Of a stretch of DNA of 64,000 nt, positions 1 through 15,700 are shown piece after piece. A model generated the notes under the pieces. It did no database searches, was not told the DNA's origin, and saw only the letters and a list, made by a program, of their open reading frames with translations. Position 1 is the first letter of the stretch, and each line of letters starts with the position of its first letter. Source of the stretch: Lepidodermella squamata (lineage: Eukaryota; Animalia; Gastrotricha); the NCBI GenBank assembly GCA_047495785.1, contig JBLDXI010000001.1, positions 682,001 to 746,000 on the forward strand, written 5' to 3'. Position numbers and translations under genes: made by a program.

Positions 1-743
1 CCAAAACGAGATTTTGTGACGCAGCAGCCGCAGCAGCAGCGAGCCTTAGCACCCCGCCGGCTACTGTCTTACGGGCGGTGGTGGTGGTATTGACTCAAGG
101 AGCTGATCGCCCGATTTCAGGCGTTAATCACGTTCTGTCAACTTGCATTGCGCACACACGAACAAAAGACACGCCGTTTGACAAATTGGCTTTATTTATT
201 TCCAACGAAATTTCGATAGACGCATTTTGCGACTGCATGGCATCAACAAGAAGACATTAATAAATTCCACAACAAGAAGAAAAATTTAAAATTATTATGC
301 GAGTGCGCAATAAAATTTTACTTGCGTGAGGAGAGTCGCAAAAATCATCAAATAATTTTCACTTTAAATAATAATATTCGTAAATAAATGAAATTCATTA
401 ATAGTAAGCAAGTAATTATCGTAACAAAAATCGGTGCATTCGAATAAGAATTCTGCGAATCACCGCTTCGAATTGAAAAATCTGTACACTAAGTTTGACA
501 ACTGTTTTCCTTTTGCACAGCATCGATAAGGCTTTTTCCATTCATCAAACGAAATCACACTGGAGTGTCTAATAATAACAACGGTTTTACACGCAGGGAC
601 GAAATAGTCATTCCGTTTTCGATTAATAGGTAATAAATATCGAAAGTGAGACTGTGTAAGTCAAAATATCACACAAGAGCAAGTTGATTTTTTCCAGTAT
701 AAATTAATCATGCAAAAACTGTCTCATTCACTCATTCCATTAG

Positions 744-3700
744 CTAGAAATGATGCGGATTGTTGAGAAGAACCTCCGTAACTGACATCGGGCCGCTACC
801 TCCGGTCGCACTGACATAGTCGTCAAGATCGATCGATTGGCAAGCGCTGATTGCGTAACGCAGTCGCGCTTCGAGCACGTCACGGCACGAATAGCGCGGC
901 AGCTTCAGCATGAAAAAACACGTCGAAGCCTCGGGCAAATAGGCATCGGCCGCGGGTGGTTCGCCAAACTTGTCCAGAGGTTGGATTACGAAATCTCGAC
1001 CTCGGAAATCACTCATTCGACGCGGCAGCCTCGATCGGCCCCAGACAAAGCGCAGCAATTGAGCTCTAAAAAGTAAAAAAATCGAAAAATTACTCACTTA
1101 AGAAAATTAAGGTGGATTGTTTACCTTTCTGAAGGCCTCAAATCTTCGACCACGTCCCAGAACCATCGAACAAGCGGCGAGTTGGCATCCAGACCGCCTC
1201 GATAAGAGGTGATCGAACGAAGAACATCAACCGAAACGTCAGGACTGCCGCATACCAGCCACTCGAGCTGCGCTGGGGTGAACAGCCGCAACAGTGGAAG
1301 CGGCACGACTCGGCCCAGACCATCAGCAATCCACTTGAGACACTCGTCGAATTCGTGTTGCCGGAATGCATATGCCGCGTTCAGGAATTGCTCGCGATTC
1401 GATGGGGTGATGACGGCGTTCTGACTGGCGTTCGTGTTGAGCAGTGGTACGAACTGGCCGAAAATATTCGGCACAGCCAGAGGCAGTTCCGACGCTCGCA
1501 GCAAATCGTCCGGCATTTGGGCGATTTCTCGCAGCGACGAGAACAGCGCCGGGTCGAGATCGCGCAGATCGCCCATAGACATGCCGTAGCTGGGCGAAGC
1601 AGTCAACAACCGCCACATCGCCGGCATTATCGAGACGGAGAGCGGGCTGCCGGTTCGAATGGCAATGCCCATTAAAACGCCGAGGAAGCGAAGGGATTCC
1701 GGTTTTCCGTCAGGTCGGAAAACGACGTGGTGAGGTGTATCTTCTCCACCCATGGCGACACCTAGTTGATTGTCTTCACTCGCGCATGGTGTATTGACCC
1801 CGCCGACGAGGTAAGCCGCACTGGTAAGACCAGCCTGAATTTCCTCACAAGCATCAGCGATGGAATCAGAAAAGCCGCCGCCACAATCGTCAACCGACTC
1901 GGCGACGAAACGAACTTTCCAGCAACGATTAGCCAGGAAAAGGCTGGATTCATTGAGGAGAGTCGGCAGCATCACAGCTAGCTGGTCGAAAACTGTTTGG
2001 CCATTTCCGGCTCGTCTTGCAACACGATCGATGCTAAGAACAGGGCCATGTTGGCGGTCTCTGATGGTCGTCAGAGAAACAACCCGCCTTAAAGTGGCTT
2101 CTTTATGAGGCAGTAGTAAAAACGGGGCGAGTTTTGAGGCGGACAGCGGCGTTACACACGGCGAGACCGGGAAATCGTCCGGCAATTCGCCGAATCTTAA
2201 CAGCGGAACTGACTGCCAGAAATTCTCGGAAAAGAGCTCGAAGACCAGAAGTCGATTTCTTAGCACCAGGCGGTCGATGCCGGTCAACGCTTGGCAATCG
2301 ACTGGTAATGTCCCGGTTGGGAAGCGAATCGTCGGTTTCGCGGCCATGCTCGACGTCGACAGCGATGGAACAGTCCACGCAAAAGAATGAGCTGACCCTG
2401 CTGCGATGTGAGTAATCGGCCTATTTCGCAGCACTGAAATCAACCGAGGCCGGGGCGCCGGTTGAGTTGATCCATCGCCAAGTTGGCCCTCGTCATTATC
2501 GCCAAAAGCATAAACTGAAGAATCAATAAATTGAAAATAAATTGTCAAATATTTCGAGAAATTACCTTCAGCGTCGGCTGTTAAAACAAGACAGTGAAGC
2601 GATCCAATGGCCATTTTGATGATTCGTTTGCCTAAAAGACCAGCAACTCGACGAGGTGTTCTGATGTGATCGGTGGTACCTTGGCCAAGCCGGAAGTACT
2701 CGCCTTTGCCCCATGTGTAAACTGCCCCTTGGCGAGTTAGGCAGGCTGAAAACTGAGAGCCACACGCCACCTGAATGACATCTTTATCGCTGAGACTCGG
2801 AATGATCATTGGAACGCGGCAGCCGTCACTACCACCACGGCCTAGTTTACCGTAATCACCATCGCCGAAGGACCAAACCGTACCATCGGCCGTCAGAGCC
2901 AGGGTCTGCGCGTCTCCTGAGCCACACGCCACATCGATTACAATGTGGTCTCTGAGCGCGGAAACTGCGACAGGTATCAGTTGGTCTTCACTGTCACCAT
3001 GCCCAAGACGGCCATAGCGACCCCGGCCCCATGTGAAAAGCTGACCATCGGCAGTGATAGCCGCGCTATGAGCCGACCCAGCAGCTACCCTCGTCACACT
3101 TTGACCCTTGAAAAATTCGATCAGCTTAGGCTGGTCTAAAACGACGCGGTTCCCGTGACCTAAAGCTCCGTCGCTATTGTCGCCCCAAGACCACACCTGG
3201 CCTTCGATCGAACGAGCGATGCAGTGTTTACCGCCGGCTGAAACCGCGACTTCAACGATTTGTGCGTCGTAAAGGCCGCGGATCAGCGTAGGCACGGCGA
3301 CGGAATCAGCGCCGCCGAGACCCAATCGACCACCTGCGCCGAAACCGAACGCGTAAACCCGGCCTTCTCGGGTGACCACGAAAGTCGACTGCTCCCCGCC
3401 AACAATCTGAATCGGCTCAAGCTGCTCGATTAAAGGAACAGAGCTGGGTGTCTTCACTTTAGGACCATCGGCTAGTGACAACTGGCCGCGGTGGTTATGG
3501 CCAAAAGCGAAAACCCTCCAGCCGGCCGCTTCAGACAGCGTCCAATCTTCAGGAGCCGAGTTGTACCAGGTAACTAGCTGCTCGTCCTGAGCTGACGTGA
3601 ACTTGGAATTATCTAAGAAATCATCCGACGCAGAGATGTCTTTATCGCGGTCTTTAGGCGCAGGGTTGGACGAGGCGATTCTGAAGTTCACAGCAGCTGT

Positions 3701-6700
3701 AAACCAGTCCGGCCATGCCTGGCGATCGACTAGCGCTCGTGAAATTGTCACGAACTGAACAAGCCGTTGAAACCAGGACGCCTGTTCGAAGGCTGGACAC
3801 AATCGGTCGAATCGAAGCGCCAGGGCCAGCGACACCAATTTTCGACAGAACGACGAAAAAACTAGGTGGCGGCCAGGTCGAACAACCGCTTCTTCGTAGT
3901 CGTACTGGAGAAGCAGAAGATTGGCCAGGTTGGCTAAAGGTCGCTCGATAAACATTTCGCACTTGTGGGCGAGGCAAATTTCCGCGCACATCGAAACAGC
4001 CCAACTGCGGTAATTGGGCGCGATACAACCGTTTTTAGCAATATCCGAAAGGGCATCGAGCAACAAGCTGATACTGTTATTCCGATCTTCGGCGGTATCG
4101 CTGTTGCTTCTATCCTCGTCATCAATGCTCAAAATAGGAGCGGCTGAGGGCAGGACCGATGTGATGACTTCAAGCGATGGCATTGCACATATTTTTCGAT
4201 CGGAAAGGCTCTGAACATGTTGAGAGCAATTCGAGAAAACGAAAAATCGGAAACCCCAACCAGCAGGTGACCCGGCCTCGGACTGAAACGTCCACGATAT
4301 GAAATCGCCCTCGACTAGCAATTCGTCACTAGGAGATGCCCAATCAGCTGCGTAATCACGTCCTGATTTCATGGAAACTACCCTACCAGCGTAGTCACAG
4401 ATTCGCAAGCAATCACGCCGCTTTTCAGTCGAGCATTGGCAATCGAAAACGATTCGCAAGCTGGTCGCTCCTGGTATTGATATATTGCCGTTTAGAACAG
4501 TTTTCTCAATGTAAGGATGTGGCGACTCTTGAACAACAGGTGGTAATGAGTCAAGGGGGCATGTTTTCGCCGAAACACCGCTAACACACGAAATTTCAGT
4601 CAGCTCGGGCAGATAGGTGTCCAATAAGCGCTTCGCATCGCAATTTTTCAGTGCTTGTTTCAAAGTGGCGATAAGCGGGGATGATTTCCGCGGAATTCGA
4701 GAGATCGCTCCTTCAAGGCCGTGGTCAGCGAAATAAGTCATACGACCAGCTAGACCCAGTTTAAGGAGGCGGGTGAAAGCTGACATGAGCGAAGAACCTT
4801 CTCCGCCGGTTGATCTACGCGCGAATTTTTCGAATGTTTCCGTAGCATCCGGCCGCTCCGAAATGTCGAGGACAACGGCTCTCAACCGATAGATGATGTG
4901 ACTGCGAAGTAAGTGAACGACATAGGCAGCGCTTGATCGGCATGCGCTGTTTGATTTCGTTTTATCGCTGCTGTTGCTCGAATTTTTACACAAAATTCGA
5001 TATGCAAGTGATTGCTTCATTTCATGACTAGCGCTATTTGGCGATGAAGAACCGGTTGTTGGAACAGTCGGCGGTGGTTCCCAACCGCCATTAGCATTTG
5101 GTAGAAGGCCGATAACAGTTTGACCCAACGGATCCAACGGAACAGCGAAAGGTAGCGGAGAAGGTTTTACGCCTGAAGAGTCGCTGCTCAGTGACCGCAG
5201 TCGAAGATTAGGCGTCGAAGGCGATGGACTAGTGCCAAATGATGGTTGCTTTTCACCAGCTGGTAGGCAGACAATACCCGTGTGACTGGAGCCGCAAGAC
5301 GCTGCGACGACCTTGTAGGTCTCTGGTAAGCCTTCGAGTAGTGTAGGCACCTTATTAGCCGCACTCTGGCCATTGCCCTGTTGGAAATGATCGCCATCTC
5401 CCCATAGGTAAACACGCCCAGAAGCGCAAATTGCGAGAGAATGAAGCGCTCCTACGGCTACGTCGACTACCTTTTCCTCACCCAGACCGCCACCAACAAC
5501 ACGTTGAGGACGTCGGAAGTGAGCTTCGGTGCCGTGACCCAGTCGGTAGTAATCGCCCTTACCGAAAGTGAACACTTTGCCGCATTTCGTTCGCACCAAA
5601 GAGAATTGAGCGCCACATTCAACCTGGCAAACGCCCAGCCCGGTAAGATCAGGGACGATTGTTGGAATCGAGCACGACTCGTTACCACCACGGCCTAATT
5701 TCCCGAAATCGCCGTCACCGAACGACCAAACGAGTTCGTCAGCAGTGAGAACCAGCGTTTGGGCATCTCTGCTACCGCAAGCGACTTGTATGACCTCGCG
5801 GCCTCGGAACGCTTCGACCAGTTTAGGCAGGAAATGATTAGTTGTATCGCCATGGCCAAGACGGCCAAATTCGCCGAGGCCCCACGTATACAAATCTCCA
5901 TTAGCTGCAATACAAGCCGAATGCGAACTGCCGGCCGAAATCGCTTTTACAGTGATCGACTGATCAGCGAGATGTTTGATCAAGCGCGGTTCGAGGCAGG
6001 TTATTTCATCACCATGGCCCAATTTGCCGTTTTCACCGTCACCCCAGGAGTAGACGCGACCATCGACTGATAGAGCCATCGCATGCCTACCGCCTGAATG
6101 GACGGATATCTTTGTAATGAAAGCATATGACAGCTCGCCGCCAAGTTCTCGAGGCGTGGCAACGGTGTCGGGAACATCACCAAGGCCAAGCCGGCCATTT
6201 GAAGCGTCCCCACAAGCGTAAACGTGGCCATTATGGGTCAGGAAAAAGCTGCACTTAGAGCCAAATGAAAGTGAAACAACGCCAACACCAGCAAATGGCA
6301 GCGGCTCTTCAATAAATGGCTGTTTGACCTTGAAGAAAAACAAACAAGTTTCAATAAATCAATGAGGCAATAATGAGTGAGTATAAGCTTACTTTGACTG
6401 GTCCTCGCCGTGCGAGCTGTTCCTTATCATTGAGACCCCAGCCATAAACAATCGTTGGTGGACTGTTTTGGGTAAATTGAGTAGTGCTTTGAGCACCTAC
6501 TGTGGTCGAAGAAGTCGTTCGCAGCATGTTACGTCGAATGATGGCTTGCGGCAAGTGGTCATCGCTATCCTCACCTTCCGAGGACGAGCTGAGGACTAAA
6601 ATTTCGTCTTCATCGGCGAGAGTGATCGATTTTTTAGAGTCGCTGCTTTCGTCGTCATCAACCATGCCTTGGTCGCCGTCAGCCGCTCCGAGAATCTGGT

Positions 6701-9700
6701 GGCGGGTGGGCATCATTCTCGGGGAAATCATCAAATTGCTGATTCTACACGGCGTATTGAGTCCACCACGAGTACCAGGAATTCGAATTTCCACACAGGC
6801 ATAGTACTTGTGAAGAGGTTTTGCAAGCATCTCGACAACAACGATGTCTGGCGCGACAGGGAAAGTTCGAACTGTCCGCAACCGGGTCGGAGACTGTCCG
6901 ATGCGAAGAACGAGTACGCTTGGTAACGAATCAGGACGATGTGATTCCAATTCGACGCAAATTGATTGTAACAAAACGCCAGGTTTGATAGATAGCTGAA
7001 TCCAATGAGGAGGATTTACGCCTGGTTGTGAGAACCAAGAAATCGGCGACCCTGGTTGCGCTTGTTTGAAAAGGTTGACATTCGAAGACGCTGCTACATG
7101 CGAAACACAGGCTGACCAAGTGTTACAGGGATTCGCTACTGCTGTTGAGCTCGAAGCTTTGAAAGTAGACGTTCCACTACGCTCGTCTCGCTTAGCGAAA
7201 ATAGGCCCGCGTGTCTTCACGAATGCAAAAAGACCGTGGACATGGCTGTTCTGCGACAAACGGCGCCGGCATGAGGCGCAAACGATGAAAAATTCCGGAG
7301 GTTTGCATTTCCGGCATCGATAATAAATAGTGTCAGATGAGACGTTGATATCATTCTCGCACTCTGAACAAATAACCATAGGTTCTGATGGAATAATTTC
7401 GAGCTCTTTGCGCAGCCCGGCCCAGCGATGTTGTTGCTGGAAGTTGACGTAGACAAGATCGTCCAACAAAGCGACGACAACACCGATCGAGCCATGAGTG
7501 ACTGAGCCCCATTTGTACCGTGGAACCGTCACAGAGTCGCGAACCTTGACTGAATCGCCAATTTCAATCTCACGCTTGGTTTCCCAAGGCCAGGAAACGA
7601 CTGACAAATCAGTCGAGCTAACCCATAGCCGCTGACCGCAAAGTCGCCAATAGACCAAGACATTTTTCGCTGACATGCCACCCTCAGCTTTATTGCTGCT
7701 GCGAGGTTCTTCCAACGAGCTACCAATCAAACGATTCAATGATCGGAACTGGGATGAAAATGAAGGCAGTCCAGCACGGGTGGTGGCCGCTTCAACCCCG
7801 ACTCGAAGGACGAATCCGGTCTCTCCAGCGATGACGCCGTCGATTCTTACTAGGCTCTTCACGATTTGACCAACGCTAACTTCTGAATTCGGAGTAAGTT
7901 CGCCCGCAACTTCAGCAGCCAAAACAGTTGGCGACCTAGAGGCTTGATCGCGGCGAACAGATCGGCCAAAAGCGGCAATAGGTGGCCTTAAACGGCTTCC
8001 TAGACCAGCCAAAGCCCCCTCGGCACGTTCCTCAGAACTGCTAGCTGCATTATCCTCACCCTCTTCGTTAGAAGTGGACGAAGAAGTCGCACCAAGCATG
8101 TTTAGTGACAATGTATCTTCTCCATCATCACCAACCAGGGTAGAGGATAGAAATCGACCAAGTGATCGGCGTAACAATGGCTGTCGGTCACGCCTATTTG
8201 CGCGGCGCGAGTTGTTCGAAGCTGCAGTGTTCGATTCTGCCGAGTCGTCGACTAACGGCGGGTTCTCGACCAGCCAATTCACGACAGCATCAAGACTCGG
8301 TGGGCGAGAATCCGCCTCAGGTAGTAGGGAAGCGTAAGCTTCGTATATATGAGATCGAGAGAATCCCATTTCGGTCAAACGCCTCACATCGCTGTCATCC
8401 TCGCCGATGGGCAGGCCAGGGGTCGGCTCCTCGTCCCAGGCAGTTGACGTGCCACCAGTTCCTGCGGCGATCAATTCGCCACATTCAATTGTTGTGACAG
8501 TGTCGTCTTCGCTCGTCGATAGATTCTCACCGTCCAGCTTGATTGAATGAGATTCCTCCTCGGAGTCGTCGATATTAGCGACACCGGATGCGGAATCGAA
8601 CCCACCACAAGCTTGGTCGAAGCCCGATGAAGCCGGATTGTTAGAGGACGTTTTCATGGAAGATTCAACCGATAGTGTTTGCAAAGACCCAGCTTCGTCA
8701 ATCGTCTCGATTTCTCCACCCGGGGTGCCGGATGGGTTGTGAACTAACGAGACTGATGATGAAGAGGGCGTCGAAGGGTAATGTCGGCAAACTTCGATAA
8801 GTGGCGTGAGCGCAGTTTGAATTGTCATTGGCGAATATTTCGGCCTGACATTCGTGCTTTTGCTAGCTGCTTTTACCAAGTGCACGAAATCGGCGACGTT
8901 TGTAAAATTCAACATTGAAGTCGACCTGCTACCAAGTGACGACGAAACGAATTGCATGAAAAGCTTGGCCGATTGGAATAGCATAGACTTCTTCGTGTTA
9001 TTCACAGCTGAGCTATCAACACCAGCTAGTAACAACTGCCGGTCAAGATAATCCAGAAGCGAAATATGCTTGAGAATCAGCGCGCTGATTGGTTCCTCCA
9101 AATTTTCATCGCCAGAATGCGTATGGACTAGTCGGAAAGGAAACAACGGCTTCAACTCGACCTTCGAAAGAGCTACATTCAAACTCTGAGGACCACTCGA
9201 ACGAGTCAGAACCAAAGCAGTAGCTTTTGGAACGATAAGTTGAATGTAACCAATACAGGGCGCCATAATCTCGGCCCCGCAGTAAGCCCGCCCCTCACAT
9301 TCGAGGCCCATCAGGGCGAGCAGTGGCAAAATTTCCAGAAATTCTTGCTCAGTGCTCTGCTTCGAATTTTTAGTCATCATAGATTCGAGCACGGTTGCGT
9401 ATGATACCATCGCAGTTTGAATCCGATGGTTGACGTTCTTCTGAACTTCATAGCAATTGATGTAGATTCGTCGAAGGCAATCGACCGCGTGAAGCATCAA
9501 AGTTTCAGGATAAGTTGCCGAATAAGGAACCTTCATATCATCGGTTCGGCTCAGCTCACTTGATGCAGTCAGAGAGGTGGTAAGGTATGCAGAAATCGAC
9601 GAGAAAAGCGACCATGCAACCTCGCCAAAACGTGTATCTTTACGCAACGTTTCAATATTTGAACGAAGCGAAAATAAACTTTTAACCACCACGAAAACGT

Positions 9701-12700
9701 GAATCGCAATGAAGAAATGCGGATGAGCGCGACATGCGGACTGCTCAATTTGTTTCAGCATTTTCACAAAAAGATTCAGCCAGTTCATGTCTTGTACCAT
9801 GGCTCGCGCGTAAATTGGATTTCCGGCTAGTTCGTGAAGTAGAGAAAAGCCATAGATGTCTCGGAAACAGACATCAGCCTCTGAAAGGGTGAGAGAAGCC
9901 ATCGTTTGCTCACCATCAGCCAGCTCATGCTGTTTCATCGACCAAAAGTGCTCATACAAATGCAACAGGAAGTCAAGAAATCGACGCGCGTTTGCATCTA
10001 ACGCAGAACCGCATTTCGCAACGCTTGATGATGAAATCAAATTTTGCAGAAATTTCTGGCCAGTCGATGTTAGCAACGAAATCAGCGGTATGTGGTGCTT
10101 CTTATCGCCGTGATCTCCCAACAAGTTTCCGTCAAAAACCGATTCAGCTCCACTTTCAATCGAATGAAACTCTTCATCGTCTTCTGGCTGATCGCCGTCA
10201 CTTGCGTTTCGCGCGTTTCTGTTACCCCCGTCGTCATTGTCAGACGCGCTGCCCATGTTATCAGTGGCTGAGTGATCATCTTGCCTAGCCAGACGAAGGT
10301 CGTACTTAGAATCACGTCCCATACGGTAATTATTCGTGATCCCATTCGGCCATTTAACCCGAACCCAGCCGTCTGCAACAGGTCTGAGGACAATACCGAC
10401 TGAACGGCCACCCTCAGCAACATCTTGATCACCCCAACACCAATGTGGGCCACGGACAACCTCGGAACCGGTTGTCAAACGTTTAGCCTCCTCATCCCAT
10501 CGAAAACGAGCTGATTTATCTCTCAACTTCCGCTCATAGATCAAACACTTCGGGTACGCAACCGTTTTCAGCCTCTCTCCGCCGTTTTGATCGACAGCGT
10601 TTGATAACACCCGTATCAGGCGAGCTAAGAAGCCCTGCATCAACAATAATGACGGCGATTCAGGACCCGAGAACTTGGTTGACAAGTACAATACAATCGG
10701 GCATAACAATGACAGCTGAAGATGGTCAGAGAAAAGCGGAGCAACCAAGCCCAGCGCGTCTACCAATTTGAGGGTGAATCGCTCCCAGGAGTCAACCAAG
10801 ATGTGCTCACTTTTGCGGCTCAAGATGTTTGAATATCGAGACAGTTTTGTCCTCGACGGTTCCGATTGTTGCAAGCTATTGATAGCCGCAAAAGAGAGAC
10901 CAGCCAAGAAAGAATCCAGCAAATGAGGAACGGCTTTGACATCTGTAATGCCAAGCTGCTCGAAATTCGGCAACGAAAATGCACCGAACACATCAGTCAA
11001 CATTTGCGTTGTTTCCGTTTGACACACGGCCAATTCGATATGCATTCTGAACCGCAATTTCAACTCGGTGATTTGTGAAATCTTTGCAAATTGAACAAAA
11101 CGAGTCAGCTTTGAACAAGCGACCAATCTGTCGCCGTCTAATAGGCCATAGCGCCACGTTTTGTACAAATTTCGGCAAATTGGATCACTTATCATCAAGA
11201 TAACGTCATTCCATTTCGCGAACGGATCTTGTTCGGTGTCCTTCTCTTTGCTGGCCACGTATTGAACAGCTCGTTTCCACCGATTTTTCTTCCGCAATTG
11301 CAACATGCGCTGGCAGATCTCAGAACTGAAATCGAAGGATTGATCGACAGAGTTCAGCAGAAAACGGAGAGCGAAAAACACAGGACTGCAGACTGACGAG
11401 TGGTCAACCGCAGGAGACACCTGGCTTTGAAATTGTTTGACAATGTGTTGCAAAATCGACGACACGGCGCGAAAAACATCCGAAACAATCGGCAATTTAA
11501 CGATTAAATCAGAACAATCGCCCGGCTTCATTAGAAAAGATTGAAGGGGCTCGATTAAATCCATGTGGCGAACAAATGCGGCTAATGAGTAACGCTTTAC
11601 TGCACGCAATGCCACGTTTTCATTAGCAGCAAGCTTGACAGCGGTTAAATTGTTGTTGGTCATATACAAGTCAAAAATCGCCAGTAATTTCTCGACTGAC
11701 TCAGCAAACGAAGCATGCGGGCGTTGACCTGATAGCGAAGAAACGAAATCGCCCACGGCCTGCAGCTGGGTTGTGTCGAAATCTGAGACTAGGGACGATC
11801 GGAAAATTCCAGAATGAACCAAATCGATCATGTCTTCTGGGAATTGAGAGACCGGTTCTTGCGCCAACACTTCCACGGAAAATAGTGAGATAGCGAACAA
11901 AACCGATTGAACAAGTTCGCGAAAGGGTGGTACATGGGGACCCTCGGCAAATGAAACCGGCGAGCTGTCGCCGTCAACTTCTTCCGCCATTCTACCCATA
12001 CCAAATCGAGTGATAAAGCATCGGATTTTCTGCTGAAGTTCACGAGATGGGCCGGTCCCAGTCATGAAAACAGGGGTCGCCTCTCGGCCTCGAATTGAAG
12101 ACAGGGCAACTTCTTTGTTCAAAAATTGCAAATCTTTAGCGGTAGCCTCGGAAATGTCTAATACGCAACCGTGGACGATAGTCATTGTATTTCGCATAGC
12201 ATTCGAGATCGAACCCAAGCTAAATCTTTGATGAAGCGTCCGCGCTGGTAGAGCAGACTGCCAGGACATGACGTAAGACTCGAGCCAATGCTCGAATCGA
12301 GCGAATGAGCCATCCATTTCAACGAGAGCCAGAGATATTGGCTGTAATGCACTGACAAGGAAAAGGCCAAGAGGCCGTCCGTTATCTGACCCGATGAAAT
12401 GATGCTTCGCATGTAAAAGAATTGCCATGAAGGCGTCGATAACTTCTGGCAGGCAAGTTGACATGATGCTGTCGCCGAAAAAACGCTGACAAGCGTGAAG
12501 CATGTACACTGGTGACATTTTGCCAATGCGAATAAGCGCTTGGAAAATTTCAGTGCATGATGAGCAGAAAAAGGTCATGAAGTCACGCGCGAGAGCGACT
12601 CCCCGGCAAATAGAGGTCGCTGGGCAGCCATCAGGCGACCCTGCGCACGAGCAAAACGCGATATGGGAGAAGAGGTGACGCATGAAATGCGAAACTAGCA

Positions 12701-15700
12701 GAGCGCTGTCATCTTTCTGCGATGCATCTGCATTGACATTTCGAAAGTCTTCGACTATTTTGTAAAAATTGTCAAACTCCATGCCGTTTTCAATTAGATT
12801 ACTAGCAAGGGCTAGAATGCGACGCCGGTCATTCAGCACGATTGTCGTAATAAGAAGTATCAGCTCATTCGGGCTGTCTTCCGCGAAAAAGTTCTTCTTA
12901 CGGCTTTCCTTATCGTTATCAAGCGATTTGCCCTTCTTGACATTGCTAGATGAGTCCGTGTTCGAAACTTCACCCGACATGAACGATTCCATTTCCAGCG
13001 AAGCGTTAATAGCCTCTGATTGTATTAAGCTGTTGGTGTATTTACCCAGATCGCCATTTCTGATGATGATTTCCGCAAGATTATGGAACAAAACCTTGGA
13101 GAGCGAAGTTCCACAGCCTTTGGTAAGTTTCAAAAGCAAATACATCCGATCTTCCGGCATCGCGTATAGCATTGGCCAACATTCGCTGATCAACAACTCG
13201 ACTGATTTTGATAGAACGGCCGTGTCTGGTGTAACATCGGCAAACGAGGCCGTGCAGAGTTTGAAAATGCAAGATTGAAATTTCAGCTTCTGCTCAGGAT
13301 TAAGCAGCGCGCGGCAAGAAGGAGCGGCGGAATGAGCGCGAAAAACGTCAATGACAAAAGCACACAAGTTAGACTCTTGTCGCTCAATTCCACGACAAAA
13401 CAACTCGAGCAGATTATCAATAGTTTTGCTCGTCGACGCAAAATTGTCAAAGCCTTGCTGAAAGCAGTTTGTCAGGGAGATGAAATTTTCCTGGCCGGGA
13501 TTTTGGCGGCGTATTGTCTTTTTCTCAGGTGTGATCAGAACAAAACCAGCCAATGGTGTACAAGCCGCCTTAACCTTTACAGACTCGTCAGACAGCGAGC
13601 AGTCTAGATTAGCCAAAATTCGAGGTTTGGTAGGGTCGTCCAAGAATGATGTCTCAGCATGGGCCGAAGACCTCGAGAAATCGCGGCCATACAACAAAAT
13701 TTTCCCAGATGTGGTAACAACTAGTAGCCGGTTGTTATTCTGCGACAAAGCTTTCACAGAGTCATTGGGGTTGAGAATATCGATTTCATGGGGCATTTGG
13801 TTATCGCCAAACACGCGGCCCCAAACTTCAAGCTTTCCGGCCTTGGTGACGGCAACCGTGAAATTCTCCCCCGCAAATACATTGACAATATTTTCGAGGG
13901 AAAGGATGCGCTGCGGGGCGAACGATGCACTGTGTCCCAGGCGCCAATAAGATCCGCCGCCCCAGGTGTAAACATGCCCTGAGTCAGTCACTGCCGCCGT
14001 ATAGCCGACAGTTGACGCGCTCAGCGAAACATCGACCCACTTTGAGCCTCGAATTGGGGCAATTTGAACAGGCATAGCTTCGTCCTGATGGGTACCAGTT
14101 CCCAATTGCCCATGCTGGTTTCTAAAAAAATTAACGAGACGTTGAATTCATCAGCATGAAAAATAGAAATATAACACAAACCTTCCCCAAATGTAAATGA
14201 AGCCATCACTGGACAGGGCAGCTTGATACATCAAACCAGCAGATATTTTGATGGCGAATATTTCAGGCAGGCTGACCAGTTCGACTTTGGGCGGTTCACG
14301 ATCGACAGCCGTTGCCTCCCAGAAAAACACCTGGCCATTGGAGGCCAAGGCGAGGCAGTTTGTGCTTGATGGACAAGCAGCGACGGCACTAAAAATAACG
14401 AAAAATTATTAAGAAGTTTCAGTCGAATCAGTCGAATTCGGTACATTATTTGGCTGTTTTGGTAGATGCACGTATCGCTCGAGCCGCCCGAGATCACAGT
14501 AGCCGCGATTTCAGGTGATAGGTCGCACATTGGCAGTTGGCACACGTGGCCATCTCGCATAAGAACAACAAGAAAGTATTGACTTGCCGTCATATCAACT
14601 ACATCCTCAGGTCTCGCACCGCCGAGGAGACCGCTCGGTAAATTAATAGTATGAGACCCAAATGAAATCAATTCAGAAATTCCCCAGCCTAGCATTTGCG
14701 TCTTTCCGATGATATTGCTGTCTCTCCCGGGTACCTCGGAAGTGGAAGGAGTTGACAACAGAGGTTGGACTAGGCAGTCTAGGGATGCCATGAGTAGCAT
14801 TGCAGACGTTTGCAGAGGGAAGTCTTCCTCGGATAATGATTCGAAAATTTCACTCTTTCTTATGGTTTCAGCGGCAGGCGATGCCGCTGTCAAATACTGC
14901 GGTTGAATTTGATTCACTAGTTTCAGAAGCGCTGGCTTAACCGGTGCAGTTTGAATACCAGAACTGTTATTGGCGAGTTCGAAAATCATTGAAACGACGT
15001 CGAGCAGGGACGTTAGACTGCCCTCGGCTATTGCAAAATACAGAAGTATGCATATAGCATATTGGCGATCAGCATCTGGGACAGCCGAAACGCCGGGAAG
15101 ACTGTTTTGTGCGACGTTTTTCAAAAATTCTCGCGCTCTCTTCAAAGTACTCGCGATTCCATGCGACATCGATTGCGAATGTAAGCTACCGGGCGGAAGC
15201 GAGCTAAGCGCTTCGACGCAATTCGCCAAAACGTCAGAGCAGACATCAATATTTGCTGGCGACGATCGCCAGCAGCTTTTCAGAAAAGAGACTGCGATTG
15301 TGAAGGCTGTTTGACAGCCGATGTCAGCAAGTGTTGGTGTAGGTTGGCTCATATTGAGCGTAAGAGGCTCATTTCGCTCTTTAACCGTCGAAAACGAGCT
15401 GTTGCTGTCATCTTTACTTGTTGCAAAGCTCGCATTCAAAACCGGAGTACTACTCGCAGAATGTTTTAAAGCTTTCCATATATTATTGAGCACACCGAGC
15501 CGAACTCGGGAGCTTTTCACAACTTGAGCGTTCAATAGAATAGAGGTTGAAGCAGTCACCATGGATTGGGTGACACTGCTGTTGGATAGAGCCGAGAGCA
15601 TCCAGAAATCGTTAACCTCAGGTTGTTGGTTGGATTTTCCAGAATTATTTACCACTCCGCCGAACAAAGCCGTTTTTCGCGCTGATTTTTGATTGAAAAC

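Noticed and set aside
1-260. Low-complexity CAG/GGT region and 60-aa ORF
   Set aside because: No coherent coding frame can be assigned at the window edge.
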